Shown in pieces: positions 38,042-40,000 of a stretch of 40,000 nucleotides of DNA. This DNA comes from CrAssphage sp. C0531BW4: sequence record MW067003.1, one strand, 5' to 3'. A program made the position numbers and the translations under genes. How positions within the stretch are numbered: the stretch's first letter is position 1; every line of letters begins with the position of its first letter. The notes below the pieces were generated by a model. It was not told where the DNA came from. It saw only the letters and a program-made list of their open reading frames with translations, and searched no databases.

Positions 38042-38125
38042 GAACTCTTCTTAGATTACTACTATAAACAAGAACACAAGTACCTATAATTTTAAATTAT
38101 ACATAAGTAGTTCTAAGAAGAGTTC
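38042..38125. other. Long intergenic hairpin, 14 bp perfect stem plus 5 bp inner stem
   Basis: gaactcttcttaga 38042-38055 / tctaagaagagttc 38112-38125; inner ctact/agtag; loop contains ataattt-t-aaattat. Confidence 0.8.
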
Positions 38126-38144
38126 GATTATTTAGACGAAATGG

Positions 38145-38684
38145 CTAATTAGCTTTTTCAGCAGAATGATAAACAAAAGGATTAATAGCTTTATGTTTAT
38201 CAGTAATAGCAGCTCTTAAATCATTAATAGCTATAACTTTAAATTCAACAAACCAAACTTTTTGTCCTTTTTTATATCCTTGATTTTGTCCAAAAGTACC
38301 AACAGTAATAGAACGAGTTAGTTCAGTATCATTAGTAATATACTTATTAACAAATTGAGGACTAAGAACATTATGTTTAAGATAAAGATGATAACCACGT
38401 TCAAGAGTAGAACGGTCAATTATAATCTTATCCATTTGATTCATACCAATAAGTTCAGCATCTTCTTTACTAATCTTAGCAATAATTGGCATAACCTCAA
38501 CTGTACTAACTTTATTATTAATAACACCAAACAAACTTTCATTTTGGCAAAGAGCAACAACACAATAGTGTTTAGCAACAACTACATTAGTAAGAACAGC
38601 GTCAAGTGCTTCACTTGTTATTTCGCTAATGTCAGTAGGTATTTGAATACCAAAATCTTTAAATTTACTTTCAACTTTAATCAT
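38145..38684 (-). CDS. Conserved hypothetical protein
   Basis: 179-aa ORF MIKVESKFKDFGIQIPTDISEITSEALDAVLTNVV... Confidence 0.65.
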   Translation of the reverse strand: MIKVESKFKDFGIQIPTDISEITSEALDAVLTNVVVAKHYCVVALCQNESLFGVINNKVSTVEVMPIIAKISKEDAELIGMNQMDKIIIDRSTLERGYHLYLKHNVLSPQFVNKYITNDTELTRSITVGTFGQNQGYKKGQKVWFVEFKVIAINDLRAAITDKHKAINPFVYHSAEKAN

Positions 38685-38693
38685 AACACTAAA

Positions 38694-38834
38694 TTATTTA
38701 GTTTTAATAATACTATCAATACCAATATTTCCAAGTTTAAGTTTACTAAGAACTTTAACTTCTTTTTTATTCCTTTCACCACTATGAAATTCTCTAGTGT
38801 ATTTAGGTTTAGTTTCACTTTTATCTTTACCCAT
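38694..38834 (-). CDS. Small basic protein (46 aa), preferred over the longer overlapping tracked frame 38681..38902
   Basis: Hand-translated MGKDKSETKPKYTREFHSGERNKKEVKVLSKLKLGNIGIDSIIKTK-stop; mixed charged composition, unlike the L/V/K-only alternative frame. Confidence 0.45.
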   Translation of the reverse strand: MGKDKSETKPKYTREFHSGERNKKEVKVLSKLKLGNIGIDSIIKTK

Positions 38835-38943
38835 AACTTAATTGTTTTTAGCAAATGTAAGAGTTTGAATGAATCTACCAAGAGAAAAACTATTTTTAAC
38901 ATTTACATTATAGAGGATTATATGATTATAAATATGCAAGTCA

Positions 38944-38962
38944 TACTCCCCGTGGAGGATGG
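38944..38962 (+). repeat. Interspersed motif copy 11 (intergenic)
   Basis: atactccccgtggaggatg. Confidence 0.9.
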
Positions 38963-39064
38963 AGATGAGCTAGACTTAATCATATTAGTATTAATGATAT
39001 TAATAGAGATAATGATAATGATTATAGTATTGATTAACTTGATATGATTGATACTGATTGTATT

Positions 39065-39083
39065 CATCCTCCACAGGGAGTAT
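39065..39083 (-). repeat. Interspersed motif copy 12 (intergenic, one variant base)
   Basis: atactccctgtggaggatg (minus). Confidence 0.85.
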
Positions 39084-39141
39084 AGCGGAGAGCGAAGCTC
39101 GGAGCGGGTCACAGCGAATCTATTAATGCTGATTATATTAA

Positions 39142-39174
39142 ATATTATATATATAATATATCTATATAGATACT
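39142..39174. repeat. Two adjacent AT palindromes
   Basis: atattatatatatataatat 39142-39161 and tatctatatagata 39161-39174, both perfect. Confidence 0.8.
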
Positions 39175-39220
39175 ATTGCTAACTTATAATTACTTGATTA
39201 TCAATAAGTTATAAATACTA

Positions 39221-39292
39221 ATTTATACCATACATGGAATAGATTTCGCTATTTTATTTGCTATATTTATACCATACATGGAATAGATTTCG
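39221..39292 (+). repeat. 28-bp direct repeat upstream of the RepL-like gene
   Basis: atttataccatacatggaatagatttcg at 39221-39248 and 39265-39292, identical. Confidence 0.95.
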
Positions 39293-39343
39293 ACATTTCC
39301 TAGAGTAATATATTTTTATGTTAAACTTAATACTATTATTGTT

Positions 39344-40000
39344 ATGACTTTTAAAGAAGATTTTAAACCTACTAAAGTTTATAATAAACTTGTTAATGAT
39401 GTTTGTTATAATGCTGATTGTTTAGAAGAATTTGAAAAACAAAGACTTGTTGTTGCTAATCCTTTTAGTTATAATAAAAGTACCAGAACTGGTATAGTTG
39501 CTGAATTTGATAATGGTTATCATCTTAGTAAAGAAGTTGGCATTAAACGTAATTTTGTTACTATTGGTATGAGAGTTTGGGATATAATAAGAAAAAATAG
39601 ATATGCTGTTATTATTTCTTTTATTGGTTATATTGCTGAAAATATTAAATTTAATAGTAATGTTATTTATATTTCTCATGATTTAATTAAAGGTTATGGT
39701 TTAGTTAAGCCTAATTATAGAGATTATTATAACGCTATTGCTTATCTTGAAGATGAAAATATTATTAAAAGAACTAATATTAGAAATATTTATGTTGTTA
39801 ATCCTATTTATATATTTAGAGGTGATGTTAACAAACTTATTAATATTATTAGTGAAGCTAAATTAATAAAAACTTTTGATGATAAAGATAGACTTATAGT
39901 TGATAAATTTGTTTTATTTAAAAATGATACCGATAAAGGTATTGTTATAGCTAATAAGGATTTATATGCAACTGAAGTTATAGATATTGGTGAGGACTGA
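39344..40000 (+). CDS. RepL-like replication initiation / winged-helix protein
   Basis: 218 aa with YYNAIAYLEDENIIKRTNIRNIYVVNPIYIFRGDVNKL (RepL-like wHTH and NP signature); first plus-strand gene after the divergent region. Confidence 0.65.
   Translation: MTFKEDFKPTKVYNKLVNDVCYNADCLEEFEKQRLVVANPFSYNKSTRTGIVAEFDNGYHLSKEVGIKRNFVTIGMRVWDIIRKNRYAVIISFIGYIAENIKFNSNVIYISHDLIKGYGLVKPNYRDYYNAIAYLEDENIIKRTNIRNIYVVNPIYIFRGDVNKLINIISEAKLIKTFDDKDRLIVDKFVLFKNDTDKGIVIANKDLYATEVIDIGED

Noticed and set aside
38681-38902. Tracked 73-aa minus-strand ORF MLKIVFLLVDSFKLLHLLKTIKLW...
   Set aside because: Composition is almost only L/V/K/N; the alternative frame 38694..38834 gives a more protein-like 46-aa product.
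870-39047. Many plus-strand ORFs in the track opposite the structural genes (for example 870..1211, 11598..11789, 15125..15448, 38355..39047)
   Set aside because: They are antisense shadows of convincing minus-strand genes in an AT-rich genome, with low-complexity I/N/S/F-rich translations and no recognisable domains.
1-40000. Alternative genetic code (stop reassignment known in some crAss-like phages)
   Set aside because: All core genes read through full length with standard stops in this window; no interrupted gene needed recoding.
1-40000. CRISPR array
   Set aside because: The short repeated motif occurs kilobases apart, on both strands, without regular spacers; tandem repeats seen are protein-coding.
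1-40000. tRNA or rRNA genes
   Set aside because: I found no convincing cloverleaf or rRNA segment in the few intergenic gaps by eye; tRNAscan-SE would settle this.

Overview
The window looks like one contiguous piece (about 40 kb) of a crAss-like (Crassvirales) bacteriophage genome: AT-rich, densely packed, with the standard genetic code. Nearly everything is transcribed on the minus strand. In transcription order (right to left) it holds conserved proteins, a PD-(D/E)XK nuclease, a lysis cluster with a GH108 muramidase, TerL, portal, a scaffold-like acidic protein, the major capsid protein, connector/auxiliary capsid-like proteins, several tail-fibre/adhesin genes (tail-collar, 25-aa helical repeats, tandem BACON-like domains), virion proteins, a holin-like protein and a small HExxH protein. 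Next comes a complete diversity-generating retroelement (DGR): lectin-fold target gene with VR, TR, reverse transcriptase. The window ends in tail-associated structural genes, the last truncated at coordinate 1. At the right end a structured, repeat-rich intergenic region precedes a plus-strand RepL-like replication gene. The two strongest hunt results are: (1) a GC-rich 17-18 bp interspersed motif, GACYCCCCGTRGAGGATG, in at least 12 copies, on both strands, in genes (in different reading frames) and between genes; and (2) the DGR, whose VR/TR pair differs at 20 of 105 positions, 18 of them at template adenines, with a long inverted repeat between VR and TR. Protein family names come from recognition by eye; no search was run.
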